The position numbers and the translations under genes were made by a program. A stretch of DNA of 64,000 nt from Octopus vulgaris (lineage: Eukaryota), in NCBI GenBank assembly GCA_951406725.2, contig OX597818.1, positions 114,142,001 through 114,206,000 of the forward strand. The letters run 5' to 3'. A model generated the notes under the pieces. The model had not been told where the DNA came from, made no database searches, and worked only from the letters and a program-made list of their open reading frames with translations. Positions 16,121 to 37,739 of the stretch are shown here, in pieces (positions within the stretch are counted from its first letter, which is position 1; every line of letters starts with the position of its first letter).

Positions 16121-16426
16121 TGCGTTCACAAAATGCGTATTAGCTGTTCATTTAATTCTCCACCATGTTTTCGAGACTGATGCTTGGACACCCATTCAAC
16201 ATAACCAAGTTCACCAATGATTAAGAACAGGTTGGACCAAGTTTAGCAATAGAGTAGATAGGTTTCAAAGTCATTATCTATAAGAAGATTCCTTCGCAAC
16301 CACTTGGTTTCGGGTTCAGTCCTACTGTGTGGCACCTTAGGCATGTGGCTTCTACTATACCCTCAGGCCGACCAAAGCCTTGTGAGTGCAATTAGTTGAC
16401 GGAAACTGAAACAATAAAGTATATAT

Positions 16427-16767
16427 TCTCTTTTACTTGTTTCAGTCAGTTGACTGTGGCCATGCTGGAACACCGCCTTTAGTCGAGCAATTCGACCCCC
16501 AGGACTTATTCTTTGGAAGCCTAGTACTTATTCTATCGGTCTCTTTTGCCGAACCGCTAAGTTACGGGGACGTAAGCACACCAGCATCGGTTGTCAAGCG
16601 ATGTTGGGGAGACAAACACAGACACACAAACATACACATACACACACACATACACACACATATATATATATACATATATACGACACGCGTCTTTCAGTTT
16701 CCGTCTACCAAATCCACTCACAAGGCTTTGGTCGGCTCGAGGCTATAATAGAAGACACTTGCCCAAG
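16427..16767 (-). mobile_element. Abundant SINE with an internal (CA)n tract (other copies or fragments at ~8240-8510, 12000-12100, 16280-16410, 18810-19220, 19470-19580, 31455-31830, 38930-39250, 43846-43945, 45700-45897)
   Basis: Recurrent blocks CTTGTTTCAGTCA.TTGACTG.GGCCATGCTGG...GAACCGCTAAGTTACGGGGACGTAA...CAGTTTCCGTCTACCAAAT.CACTCACAAGGC. Confidence 0.85.
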
Positions 16768-16826
16768 TATATATACGTTATTGATTAATATATATATATT
16801 TTATTGAAAAGCAGCAAAAATATCAC

Positions 16827-16873
16827 AAAAACTGTTACTCAGAGTTTCACGTTCCCGTTCGTCGGACTATTTT
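16827..16873 (-). ncRNA. Minimal hammerhead, U4C core variant
   Basis: Minus strand reads aaaatagt-CCGACGA-ACG ggaa CGT-GAAA-CTC t GAG-TA-acagtttt. All three stems can form; stem I has one mismatch. Confidence 0.65.
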
Positions 16874-17514
16874 GTTTAGAATGGAACAGAAACAAGGTTA
16901 TAAGTAAACATATACAATTAGTTTAAGGGATAAACATTTGAAAATGGTTTTGTTTCATTGGTCCTTTTACCGAACCGCTGAGTTACGAGGACGTAAACAC
17001 ACCAACACTAGTTGTCAAGCGCTGGTGGGCGACAAACACTTACATAAAGACACACGCATATAAACACACGCATACACGCACACACACACACACACACACA
17101 CGCACACAAACACACACACACACACACACACGCATGCAAACACACACACACACACACACACACACGCGTACACACACACACACACACACACGTATTCAGT
17201 CAACGGAATTAATTGTATGTGTGTATGAGTGTGTGAATGCTTACAACTTTCAAAAGAATCTGACCGAGACTGGCGGACGCACACGCACCCCCCCTCATAC
17301 ACGCATAATATATACAACAGGGACTCGCACAGCTTTCGTCATTCGTTAACCGAAAGCTTTATTAATAAAACACTTGCTCAAGATATCACGCAATGGATTC
17401 GAACACGCGATCACGTGTTAGCGAAACTTAGTTATTAACCACAAAGCTATACGTAATTTTTGTATTTTCTTTTTCTTTTTACAAAGTGATTAACCTATGG
17501 TTGTTTAATTTATA

Positions 17515-18114
17515 TATTTCTTTACTACCCACAAGGGGCTAAACAGAGAGAGGACAAACAAGGACAGACAAACGGGTTAAGTCGATTATATCGACCACAG
17601 TGCGTAACTGGTACTTAATTTATCGACCCCAAAAGGATGAAAGGCAAAGCCAACCTCGGCGGAATTTGAACTCAGAACGTAACGACAGACGAAATGCCTA
17701 TTTCTTTACTACCCACAAGGGGGTAAACACAGAGAGGACAAACAAGGACAGACAAACGGGTTAAGTCGATTATATCGACCACAGTGCGTAACTGGTACTT
17801 AATTTATCGACCCCAAAAGGATGAAAGGCAAAGCCAACCTCGGCGGAATTTGAACTCAGAACGTAACGACAGACGAAATGCCTATTTCTTTACTACCCAC
17901 AAGGGGCTAAACACAGAGAGGAAAAACAAGGACAGACAAACGGATTAAGTCGATTATATCTATCCCAGTGCGTAATTGGTACTTATTTAATCGACCCCGA
18001 AAGGATGAAAGGCAAAGTCGACCTCGGCGGAATTTGAACTCAGAACATAACGGCAGACGAAATACCGCTAAGCATTTCGTCCGGCGTGCTAACGTTTCTG
18101 CCAGCTCGCCGCCT
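17515..18114 (-). mobile_element. SINE with a 184-bp internal trimer and a 19-bp TSD
   Basis: Units start at 17515, 17699 and 17883. The TSD TATGGTTGTTTAATTTATA is at 17496-17514 and 18115-18133. Confidence 0.92.
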
Positions 18115-18984
18115 TATGGTTGTTTAATTTATATCAGAGGGCTGGCTGTGCATTGTTTTGTAAAAGAAATATTTAGCTCATGCCGTTCAGAATAAACATG
18201 TGGTGAGTTGCATTTCCTTTTTCTCGATTTAAACCCAAAACAAAAGAAAGCTTAACGTGAGAAACAAAGACAACATCTCTACTTTGATCGTAAAGAGCAT
18301 TTTCACTCGTTTCCATGTTAACGAACAAATGGAGAAAATATAGAAAATATATGCAAACACTCGTTAATTCCATCCAATAAATCAATAAACATTTTGAAGA
18401 AGGTATTGATGTCCTGCACAACCAATATTCTGCTCTGTTAATCACAAAACAATTTATACACTTGTATACAGTGGAAGCTCGGTTTACGAATTTCACTCAT
18501 TCCGAAAGGCCGTTCTTTATCGAAAGTGTTCGTAAACCGAAGCTGTCTTTCTAATATGAAATTCATGAGAAGGCACGGCGAATTCGAGTAGACACGAACG
18601 CTAAACGAAAACAAGAAAACAACTGATCCCCGCAGGCTGATGGTCGAAGCCAGTGGCCCAGGGTTATTCCCCGCCTCCGTCTTCATCTATATACATGCAT
18701 ACATTCATACATACATACATACATACATACATACATACATACATACATACATACATACATACATACATGCACGCATGCACACACACACACACACGCATTC
18801 GAACATATATGGTTGTGTGGTAAGAAGCTTTTTACCCAACCGCATGTTCCGGTTTCAGTTCCACTGCGTGGCACCTTGGACAAGTGCCACGGGCTGACCA
18901 AAGCATTTTGAGTGTATTTCGTTGACGGAAACCGAATGAAGCCCATCGTATGTATGCATGTATGTACGTATATATATATATATA

Positions 18985-19047
<63 letters not shown>

Positions 19048-19078
19048 GTATGTATGTGTCTATCTATCTATCTATCTA

Positions 19079-19167
<89 letters not shown>

Positions 19168-19428
19168 CATATGTGCGTGTGTGTGTGCTCCAGCATTGTT
19201 GCAGTCAAATGACTGAAACATATAAAGAATATGTGTTTGCATATATATATATATATAAATTAAATTAGAGATAAAACCACTATTATGCAAATCAAACAGT
19301 GAAAAACATAAACCAAAACATAATAATAAAAATAATATAATATACAAAGTATATAAAAACAAAATTTTAAATTATATATATATATATATATATATATACA
19401 TACATATATGTGTGTTTGTCCGCACCCG

Positions 19429-19467
<39 letters not shown>

Positions 19468-19912
19468 ATGTCTTTGTGCTTGTCCCCACCCACCGCTATA
19501 CAGCCGGTGCTGGTTTGCTTACATCTCCGTTACTTAGCAGTCCAGTAAAAGAAGACCAACAGAATAAGTGCCAGGCTTAAGAAAAACAACATCAAGATAG
19601 ACAAAAAGCCGCGAAGCATTTCGCCCGGCGTGCTAACGATTTTGCCAGCTCTTGGTATTTTCCTTTCTACGTCCTTCAAACCCGTAATGATCGTCGTCGT
19701 AAATAATAATCACCAGCTGTGAGAGTTCTACATGCAAGATCCTTTCAAATATATTATTAGAGCAAACACGATGTCAAGTAAAACAAAACAGCCAAAAATC
19801 AAAATGTATCAGACAAATTGAATCCATTGATACTTTGGCTATAGAATAGATGGACATACAGAAATACATTATTTACATTTGACGGATATTTGTCCTCGTC
19901 TTGTTTGTTGTT

Positions 19913-19958
19913 AACACAACGTTTCGGCTGATATACCCTCCAGCCTTCATCAGGTGTC
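19913..19958 (-). ncRNA. Minimal type I hammerhead within repeat 19860-20005 (same family as 29728-29900)
   Basis: Minus strand reads gacac-CTGATGA-a-GGCTG gagggtatat CAGCC-GAAA-CG-TT-gtgtt. Stem III is the palindrome AACGTT. Confidence 0.8.
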
Positions 19959-20005
19959 TTGGGGAAATTTCGAACCTGGGTTCTTATTCCTAAGGTACTT
20001 TTCGA

Positions 20006-20160
<155 letters not shown>

Positions 20161-20381
20161 TATGTTTGACTTTTGCTTTATATTTGTACAAGTTGGCTCC
20201 AAGTCTCACCCAGAGACCTCAAGAGACAACAGGGTTGGAAGTTCATGTTGTTGTTATAGTGTGCCATATATTTGGGGGGTGGGGATGTTGTACTAATGAA
20301 TGTCTAAAAAAAAAGTTTTTTTTTTTTTTTTTTTAAACCGAAAATTATGTTTGTGTTAAACCTTGAGATTACATAGAGAGT
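20161..20381 (-). mobile_element. 5'-truncated 3' end of the R4/Dong-type LINE, within (TAA)n
   Basis: Matches the LINE 3' UTR at 24876-25058 and is flanked by ATT repeats on both sides. Confidence 0.9.
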
Positions 20382-20382
20382 A

Positions 20383-20462
<80 letters not shown>

Positions 20463-20482
20463 CATTATTATTATTACTATTT

Positions 20483-28930
<8,448 letters not shown>

Positions 28931-29007
28931 AAAAATATCATCATCACTATCATCACCGTCATCATCATCATCAATGATATTGTTTTATGTGTAGTCACAG
29001 CGGTAGC

Positions 29008-29047
<40 letters not shown>

Positions 29048-29297
29048 CTACCACCATCGCCACGGTAAAGAGGTCATGTTCTATAGGTCTATAAATAGAT
29101 TCAGCAGATGGTGGACTGGTCGGCCAAATAGACAAAAGACATTTTGGGCCAGGGAAAGGTCAAACCTGTTTACTAGTACCAGCTTTATCTTGAAAAGCAA
29201 TTCAGTTTGTTCTTGTTCTTGTTCTTGTTCTTCTTGTTCTTCTTGTTCTTCTTGTTCTTGTTCTTCTTCTTTTTTTTTTCTTCTTCTTCTTCTTCTT

Positions 29298-29363
<66 letters not shown>

Positions 29364-29478
29364 GTTGTTTTTCCTTGTTTCTTCAAATTTCTTTCCGTTT
29401 CTCGCCGAGTGTTTTCCGTATAATTAGGGCAGAGAAGCTCATTGTATGAATTCCCAGATTACACACGCAAATTCACAG

Positions 29479-29537
<59 letters not shown>

Positions 29538-29579
29538 TTTATTATTCAGGTCACTGTCTTGAATCGAATTCGGAATCTT

Positions 29580-29650
29580 GGGCATATGGCGTAGTGGTTA
29601 AGAGCTCGGGCTACTAACCCCAAGATTTCAAGTTCGATTCCAGGCAGTAA

Positions 29651-29656
<6 letters not shown>
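29580..29656 (+). promoter_or_regulatory. tRNA-like Pol III head (A and B boxes) upstream of an HHR repeat
   Basis: A box TGGCGTAGTGG at 29587-29597 and B-box-like GTTCGATTCC at 29632-29641. It is preceded by an inverted copy of its own 3' part (29545-29582). Confidence 0.75.
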
Positions 29657-29727
<71 letters not shown>

Positions 29728-29777
29728 GTATCGAAGAATACCTTAGGAATGAGAACACAGGTTTGAAATTTCCCCAA

Positions 29778-29823
29778 GACACCTGATGAAGGCTGGAGTG
29801 TATATCAGCCGAAACGTTGTATT
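29778..29823 (+). ncRNA. Minimal type I hammerhead
   Basis: gacac-CTGATGA-a-GGCTG gagtgtatat CAGCC-GAAA-CG-TT-gtatt. Stem I has one mismatch relative to the 19913 copy. Confidence 0.75.
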
Positions 29824-29869
29824 AACAACAAACAAGACGAGGACAAATATCCGTCAAATGTAAATAATG

Positions 29870-31371
29870 AAAAAAATGTACATAATTCCTCAACTCTTAA
29901 ATATAGAACTGCATACAGAAATGGTTTCAAATTTTGGCTCAAGGCTAGCAGTTTTAGGGCAGAGGTAAGTCGATTACATAGACCCCAGTACTCAACTGGT
30001 ATTTATTTTATCGATCTCAAAGGGATGAAAAGCAAAGTCGATCCCAGTGATTTTACAACACAGAATGTAAAGCCGAAAGAAGTGTTACTAAGCATTTTGT
30101 AATAACAAATTAATCAAGCAGGATGTATCAATTAGCATTAACAATATTGGACAAAATAGTGGAAATGGAATAATATCTCATCTCCCTATCAGCTGCTGAA
30201 TAATCTTAAGAAGACTGATTCAAAGTTGTCATATTCAAGATTCTAACAATATTCTTTATGCTTTCACTCATCGGACTGCGGCCTATCTGGAGCATTGCCA
30301 TAAAGGGTTTTGTCGATCGTGTCGCATAAGGCTTGTTTTTTAAAGTCTAGTACTTGCTGATTTTATCAATCTGTGAAGTTTTTGCTGTCGACATGTAACT
30401 ATCAATTTCTGAGAATTCAACTGAAAAAGTGAGCATATACGAAGTTGCAGTTTAAATTTGGAGTTCAGTTGCTCTTTTAGCCGAAAGGACGTGATAATAT
30501 CGGACTGAAGATTAGCACTGGATCTCCATTATCTGAGGAAAAGCATCCAACTCATTCCACGTTTTAGCACTAATGTGTTGTAGGTGTGTTAAACACGTTT
30601 TCCATTGTTATCAATAGAAAACGAGAGGATGTATATTCTCTGGTAGGTGCATAATCTTTTGTAAGATTATCTATTATCGATCGAACGAGCGATTGTTTTT
30701 TCAGCACGGGTATCCCTTCCTCTGCACTAGAATATATACTGAATGGTGAGAGAAACTACATATGACAGATTGTGCAGGTTATTCAATATTCTATCCTTTA
30801 CATATGCTCCAGTCGTCAAATAATAAAACAATCTTCTAACAATGATTTCTGAGCAGATCAATACGCTATAGTGGATAAACTAAAACGTATCCAGCTACGT
30901 CAGAAACAGCATTATGTTACGTTCACTATCGAAAAAAGCTTTCTGTTTTAGAGACAAATGAGATGTTGACATGCTCAGCGCTATCGCGTGTGACGAATAG
31001 CACTTTTCAGGTTTATAAATTGGGTGACGCATTTTGTTTCGAGATGAAGCACCTGCTCACAGAGATTCTGCTATACACTGTCCATATACATATCGCATAT
31101 ATTAATGCTAATTAATACATCCTGCTTGATTAATTGTTTATAACAAAATGCTTAGTAACACTTCTTTCGGCTTTACGTTCTGTGTTGTAAAATCATTGGG
31201 ATCGACTTTGCTTTTCATCCTTCTGAGATCGATAAAATAAATACCAATTGAGTACTGGGGTCGTTGTAATCGACTTACCTTTTCCTCAAAACTGCTGGCC
31301 TTGAGCCAAAATTTGAAACCATTTCTGTAAACAGTTCTATATTTAAGAGTTGAGGAATTATGTACATTTTT
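29870..31371. repeat. Inverted duplication with ~270-bp arms (29870-30141 / 31102-31371)
   Basis: The arms are diverged reverse complements and include a SINE fragment together with its flanks. Confidence 0.9.
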
Positions 31372-31615
31372 TACATTGTACACTGTGTACTGTCTTAATA
31401 GATTTTTGTATTGCAGGAATAACATTGTCTTTTGTTTATAATCCATGTACAGTCGTGGCTGTGTGGTAAGATGTTTGTTTTCCAACTATATGGTTCTGCG
31501 TTCAGTCCCATTGCGAGGCACCGTCGGCGACTGAATTCTAATATAGCCCCAGGTCGACCAAAGCCTTGTGAGTGAATTTGGTTAAGGGAAACTGAAAGAA
31601 GTCTGTTGTATATGA

Positions 31616-31648
<33 letters not shown>

Positions 31649-32149
31649 TGTCGCCCACAACCACTTGAAAATCGGTGTTAGTTTGTTTATGTCTCCGAAA
31701 CTTAGCGGTTTGGAAAAAGAGATCGATAAAATATGTACCAGGCTTAACAAGAGAAATAAGCACCGGGGTTGATTCGTTTGTCTAAACATTCTTCAAGGTG
31801 ATGCCCCAGCATGGCCGCAGTCTACTGATTGAAAGAAAGAAAGAAAAGAGATAGTTCTGACATCAGATACTACATCGTATTCCTGTATTAATAATGTAGG
31901 ATGTTATTTAAGAGTGTTATTTGATAGCATGTCAAGCGATCTCATAGAGGTTTCTTCATTGGCATGTTTTATATCTGGTGGATAAGATAGTAAGCGCTGG
32001 GAGGCAACTGCTAAGTTTCTCATCAGCCCACAGATGAGCCCACGCATTTCGTTTTCAATTCTCTGTTGGAGGTAATTCATTTCGCTTAAGCAGTTAGTAT
32101 CCTTTGAGTAAGGGCACATGGCTCAGTAGTTAGGGGTATTTCAAAAGGG

Positions 32150-33800
32150 GAAAGTGAGAGGTGATATCTTGAAAAGGGCGAGCAGAGTAGAACTGGCAAC
32201 GTTTAGTAAGGTCGAAAAATAGAACAGAAGCAGATTTTGTAAAAAACTTAGAAGGGACGTTGTTGAAGAGTTAATCTGGCCTCAAGATAAATCTTAGACC
32301 TATTCTTCAACGCGAAGTAAGATGGCTGCGTTGTAGGAGCTAAGGCACACGTTCTAAAACGCGAGGGGACGAGAGTCGTTCGATAGGCCCGAATGGCAGA
32401 AGTGCGGCGTGGCAATAGAACCATAATTCAGTCTTTGATGGACGATAATGGGTGCATGTTATTCAAGAGATGGGTTTAGCTTTTCAGTTGAACTTCGCCA
32501 GACTGTTAGCGACTCTCGGCTAGCTAAAAGTAGAGTGTTGCGAAAAGCCCATAACAGCCACAGCAATACAGGAAGCGATTGTTTACTGTACGGAGATTCA
32601 AATCGCCTGGCTTAGATGGTCTGCTCTATAAGCTTTGCTTTATATGCCAGATTTGTTTGAAGACTTCTTGGCAGAAATCTACCGCAACTGACAACACAAC
32701 GGAAAACTTTCCACTTCTGTGAATCGAAGATCGGTGGTAGTGTTGAGAAAGGATCCAAATGAGTTGGATGACATTGATATGTTTGGTTCATACCTTTTTA
32801 AAATTCAGATTGAAAAATTTTGGCCAAGGTTTTAGCAAAGAAGTTGATGCCTGGCATTGATAGTCTAATTGGTGATGCCCAAGCTTGTGTCATATCGAAC
32901 AGATCTATCCATGGCAATCTCCACACCATTAGTGGTAGTTAATAAAAAAACTGGCATAAATGGGAAAATGGGACTCTGCTTAATGTAGATCAATCAAGCA
33001 CTTTCAGTATTACGTCAACCTTGAAAACGTGGCGCTTTTCTCTCGACGGCCGGTTTCGGCCGCGTCTTCCGAGGCTGGATAGCCGCAATGTGCAGCATCA
33101 TCTAATTGTTACTTAACGTGAACTATTCATTATCACGTGCGTGGTGCTTCAAGGTTGATTCCACTTTTCTCTTCTGTATGTAACAACTCAAGCTACTACA
33201 GTGGAAAGTAGAGACTTTGAGATACATACCATGGGAATTAGGATACGGAAAATCCGTGTCAGCATACGCGAACGACGTCACCATCATACTGTCGGACACC
33301 AGGTATATAGGTCTGATATGTACTGTTGTAAGGAACTACGAGCGGTGAAGTGAGCGAAAATTACCGAGCAAAAGTCAGTGGGCCTTCAGCTCAGCACCCA
33401 GAGAGGCAGGTCCATGCTCTCCAACAGTTTCATGGGGCACTGGGCAGAGAGACTGGGTGAATTGCGACTTATGGTCTTGTATCAAACAGATGTAGTTGCC
33501 TACAAGACTGTATACCGAGTATACAGAGGAGATGACTGCGCTACCTTCCTTAAGCAAGGAAGCGAAGCAAATCTTTGCTTGGTGGCTATGGGGAAAGAGG
33601 TTGCGTGGTAGACTCGTCTGAAAGATTTGAGGACGTGCATTTTCCGATCCAGCCAAGCTCTCGTCAAATTCTTAAAGTATCACTTAGAGTGTTGTGGAAG
33701 GACTCCGACCACCCGCCAACTGACTGGATGTGAACTGTCTCATTGTTATAAAACAAAAAACTGTGAGCGATTGGTACCTCTGATTGGTAGTATCTTACTG
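32150..33800 (+). pseudogene. Highly decayed L1/Tx1-like RT remnant
   Basis: Fragments read ILAKVLAKKL (~32815-32847), NVDQSSTF (DQxKAF-like, ~32982) and VSAYANDVTI (YADD-like, ~33256). There are many stops and the boundaries are approximate. Confidence 0.65.
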
Positions 33801-33896
33801 AGAGCCGTTAATATTGAGAGCGCTGAGTCTCGTGTAATAGTAATAGTAGTGCGTCGTTAATATAATTTCTCCGCACCCTTGCTTCGTTATATTATA

Positions 33897-34291
33897 CTAG
33901 CAGTATCGCCCGGCGTTGTTCGGGTTTGTAAGGGAAATAACTATATAAGAATTTTTAGAGATGTAAAGTATAATAGCCATATCAATATGGCTAACCACAA
34001 AGTGGGGTGTTACTGTAGCTTTTTACGTTCTGAGATTTAATAATAAATTTTTAGAGAGTTACTTCCCTTATATATGCCAAAAATGCATTAAAAATGGGAA
34101 AAATTGATGGTAAACTTTTTTTTTAATCGTAGACTCATCGTAGACGCGCGCTAATACCCAGAAGCGCTCGATATGAATCACGACTATAAGATACCCGGTA
34201 TTGGTTAAACTGCACCGCAAAATGTGGGAGTAGTTAGGAATCTAAATCGTAGGAGACAGACAGCACACAACCTCTCTTTTATATATAAAGA
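33897..34291 (-). mobile_element. Non-autonomous Helitron
   Basis: The minus strand begins TC(TTTATATATAAAAG) and ends CCCG..CGGG hairpin + CGATACTG-CTAG. It sits between A and T with no TSD. Confidence 0.85.
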
Positions 34292-34559
34292 TTTCCAATG
34301 CAAAGATATAAAAGTGACGACGAATTGTTCGAAGCTTGCGTTGGACGTTAAAAATGTTTTGGTGAGAAACCAAAGAAAAATTCATTTAACATGGAAAAGT
34401 TATTGGTATCAGTGGTGAAGTTGCAACAGCAACAGTAGCAACAACAACACCAAATACAGGCGCAGCAACAACAGCAGTTACAGCAGTGACTACAACAGCA
34501 ACAGCAGCAACTACAACTGCAACAATAAAATCAACAGTTGCTGGAATTAATGCTGAAGG

Positions 34560-35690
34560 AATCTGAAAATACTTGAGATTCGTACACGCCAGACAGCGAA
34601 GCAAATTCAATTGAAGAATTCAGCTATAATCCAGAAGGTATTACCTTCTCTGCATATTTTGGTATATACGAAGAAATCTTCAAAGAAGAGTGTAAAAATT
34701 GGATCAATGAGAAAAAAAGTACGGCTACTTTTCAGAAAGTTATCCCCAGCCGAACACGAAAACTATTGTAATTATATTCTGCAGAAGAAACCAGGTAAGA
34801 TTTGTTTCGATAAAACAATAATTTATCCAAAATTTTCATTGAAAGAAGTTCCCTGTTGAGCACTCTCTGGCAATGTTTAAATTTGGTCATAAAAGATTAT
34901 GAAGATTTTGTCACCTATGCCGGAGTGGATAATAAAGTATGTGAGAAATTCAAATTGAATGAATTGACCCAGCATGTTCAAATCTTTCATTTTTGTTCAG
35001 GGGCTTACTGCAAACAAAGATGCAAATATACGTTCCTGGATATTAACAAAATTAAAACTGGACCAAAATTTAACTCAAGAGGCTGTAGCAGAAGAATGTC
35101 AAAGTATTATTAATCTACGACATGACGCAAATAAAACTGGGGAGAAAGATTGCTTTCAGATTCAGGCATGTCGATCGGTAACGAATAAGAAACAAAGGGA
35201 AACATGTGAAAACCGAATCCATGTTATGAATGCAGTGGTCTACATTTCAAAAATAACTGTCTGTTTAAAAATATAAACTGCTTCAAGTGTGGTAAAATAG
35301 GCCACAAAAAATCGCAGAACCTAAAAAACGGTTCAACAGAAAAAATCGAGTAAACGGATTATCGGTTACAGAAAATACGAACGAGCCTCAAAGAAAATTT
35401 GTGTATGTAAAAATTAATAATACAAACGTAAAGTTACAATTGGATACCGGCAGTGACATCTCAATAATTAACATAGATACTTGGCAAAAGATCAGGAGAC
35501 CTAAATTAAAGGAAACTTCAAAAATTACCCGTAGTGTTTCAGGAAAAAAAAAATTATATTTTAAGGATAAATTGATAAGTAACATTAAATTTCGTGAAAA
35601 AACTTAAAAGCTAAAGTGTTTGTGTTAGATAATGCTACAAACGTGTTCGGTACTGACTGGATGGAATTATTTAACTTATGGGACCTTTGA
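34560..35690 (+). pseudogene. Ty3/gypsy-type gag-protease remnant
   Basis: Frameshifted gag-like pieces (KVRLLFRKLSPAEHENY, FIFVQGL), a zinc knuckle CFKCGKIGH (~35278-35305) and the aspartic protease motif LQLDTGSDISII (ORF 35401-35607). Confidence 0.85.
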
Positions 35691-35849
35691 GACGAGGAAC
35701 TCTTTCACTGAAGCTCCCACCACCCTTTTGGTTGATGAAGCGTCGCGAGCGCAGGAAGTGAGCCATGAATTGGAACGAATAATAATCCTAACATGCATAA
35801 GCAGTGTTTAAGCAAAGGCCTGCCTCCGGATCCCGTCGCCAAGCACAAG

Positions 35850-36340
35850 GAAATGTGGAATAATGAGAGGATAATTCACTACGATTTCGGAACCCTCGAT
35901 GCCAACCTGAACTGCAAACAGCTGGTGCGGATCTATGCCATAGTGCAGTAAAAATAACTGGCATTGGTCAACAGAAAGCAAGCTCTTTTGTAGCATGACA
36001 ATGCAAGATCTCATCTCATTCGAACGACCCGGAATAAACTCCAGGAAATTAACGGAATCGAACTGATGCCATCATATAGTCTGCACCTAGCCCGCACTGT
36101 TTATTACTTGTTCCGATACATGGCTCACTTCCTGTGCTCGTGACACTTCATCAACCAAGAAGAGGTGGCAGCTTCAGTGAAGGAATTTTAATCTTGAAAA
36201 GCAAGAACTGGTATCAACGTGCCATCAAAGAACTAAGAAAAAAGGGGACTTCACTAGGTACAACACAATAGCCACTACTTTGAGTTCTAAGCTGATTTTC
36301 TGGTAACTTGAGGAATAAAGCTGTTACCAAAATATTGACA
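35850..36340 (+). mobile_element. Mariner transposase C-terminal remnant
   Basis: HDNARSH (~35994) and a degenerate YSPDLAPxDY motif (YSLHLARTVYYLFR, ~36076). Confidence 0.75.
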
Positions 36341-36858
36341 AACTTATTTTTATTTCGTTTTTGTATTTGGTTTCTAAGATTCTTTATGCGAATTCGTGTG
36401 TTGAAGTATATTTTATTGTGTCTGGGGAGAGTCCTTTTCTTTTGTTGCTTTATTGTTTAACACACTCACCTGTTCGATTTCCACTTATTTACTTCTTTAT
36501 CTCTTCTAAAATTTTCGTATGTATGTATGCATGTATGTCTATGCATGTACGTGTGTATGCATATATATATATGTGTGTGTGTGAGTGCGTCTGTATGTAT
36601 GTATTCTGCATATTCATGTGTTTGTATTGTATGCTCATGTTTGTGCGCTTGTATGTGTGTGTGTGTGTTTGTATGTGTGTGTGTGTATTTGTGTGTGTAC
36701 TTCTGTCTCCTTGTGTGTGCATGTTTGAGTGTGTCTATCTGCATGGGTTTGTGTGACTATGTAGTGCGTCTGTTATATATGGATGTGTGTCTCCACATGT
36801 GTCCTTGTGTGCGTGAGTGTGAAGTGTGCGTGTGTGTATATATGGTCATGTGTTTCAG

Positions 36859-37185
36859 TTATCACCTCCGCCTTAGCGAAGGCAGAGATATTGTTTTCAG
36901 TCGTGTTTGTTTGTTTGTCCCTGGACAACATATGGCTGGATTGGCCTCGTGAATGGCACGAACTGATTAGATTTTGGCATCAATCCGGCACCGGACAAGG
37001 ATTCTGGATTATTTTTCCTGTTTTTTTTTTACTTAATTTTTGAGAGCGGTCGGGTTCATTTTTAGTATTCTCGTTTGTGAGAGTAGTCGAGTTTATTTCA
37101 GATATTTAACAATCAACTCCAGCTAATCGTGGAGAAGACATTGGTGTTGCCTTGGCGGCGGTTTGCGCTCTCTTAGTGTTCTTGT
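36859..37185 (+). mobile_element. Helentron-associated (HINE/DINE-like) non-autonomous element
   Basis: Subterminal inverted repeats ACCTCCGCC...GGCGGCGGT, an internal GTTT microsatellite, a 3' stem-loop GCGCTCTCTTAGTGT and T-rich flanks. Confidence 0.65.
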
Positions 37186-37739
37186 TTTTATTATTTTAGG
37201 TGTTATCATATATAAAACAAAAAATACTATAACTGCCTATATATATCCTAGGTTGTAAAAACTTCATTGTCACATCCTGTTTACAATTCAAGCTAATACG
37301 TTAGCCTCATGATCATGACTTCTTAATATTACAAGCAAGCTGAAACGAGTTTTGCGAAGATCTATGAAGAATGCTTTATTTAGACTACCGGTTCTGACCT
37401 CTATAATCACTTCTTAAGAAAGAAGACATTGTGAGAGGCAGACTTTTAAAATCAGCACTGAATCTATCACAAATAGGATATTCTCACAAATACCTTTGTT
37501 ATCCACATATCTATTGGCACAGAAAACAATTCGAATGACTGGGCTTCTTTTAACCCAACCACCTACAGGGCAACAAAGTAATAATATGTCCAGCAAACTT
37601 CCCATGCATGTGAAACAAATATTTATTTCAATGTAAATTTATGCACATTCAAACACAATTCCTTTTCACTGGAAATTATTCGTGAGAAAAATAGTTTTAA
37701 TAGTTAATTATAAAATAGCAATGTAGTTGTATATAAGAG

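Noticed and set aside
30400-31050. Non-repetitive-looking spacer as a possible host exon
   Set aside because: The frames I read contain stops and I recognised no protein motif.
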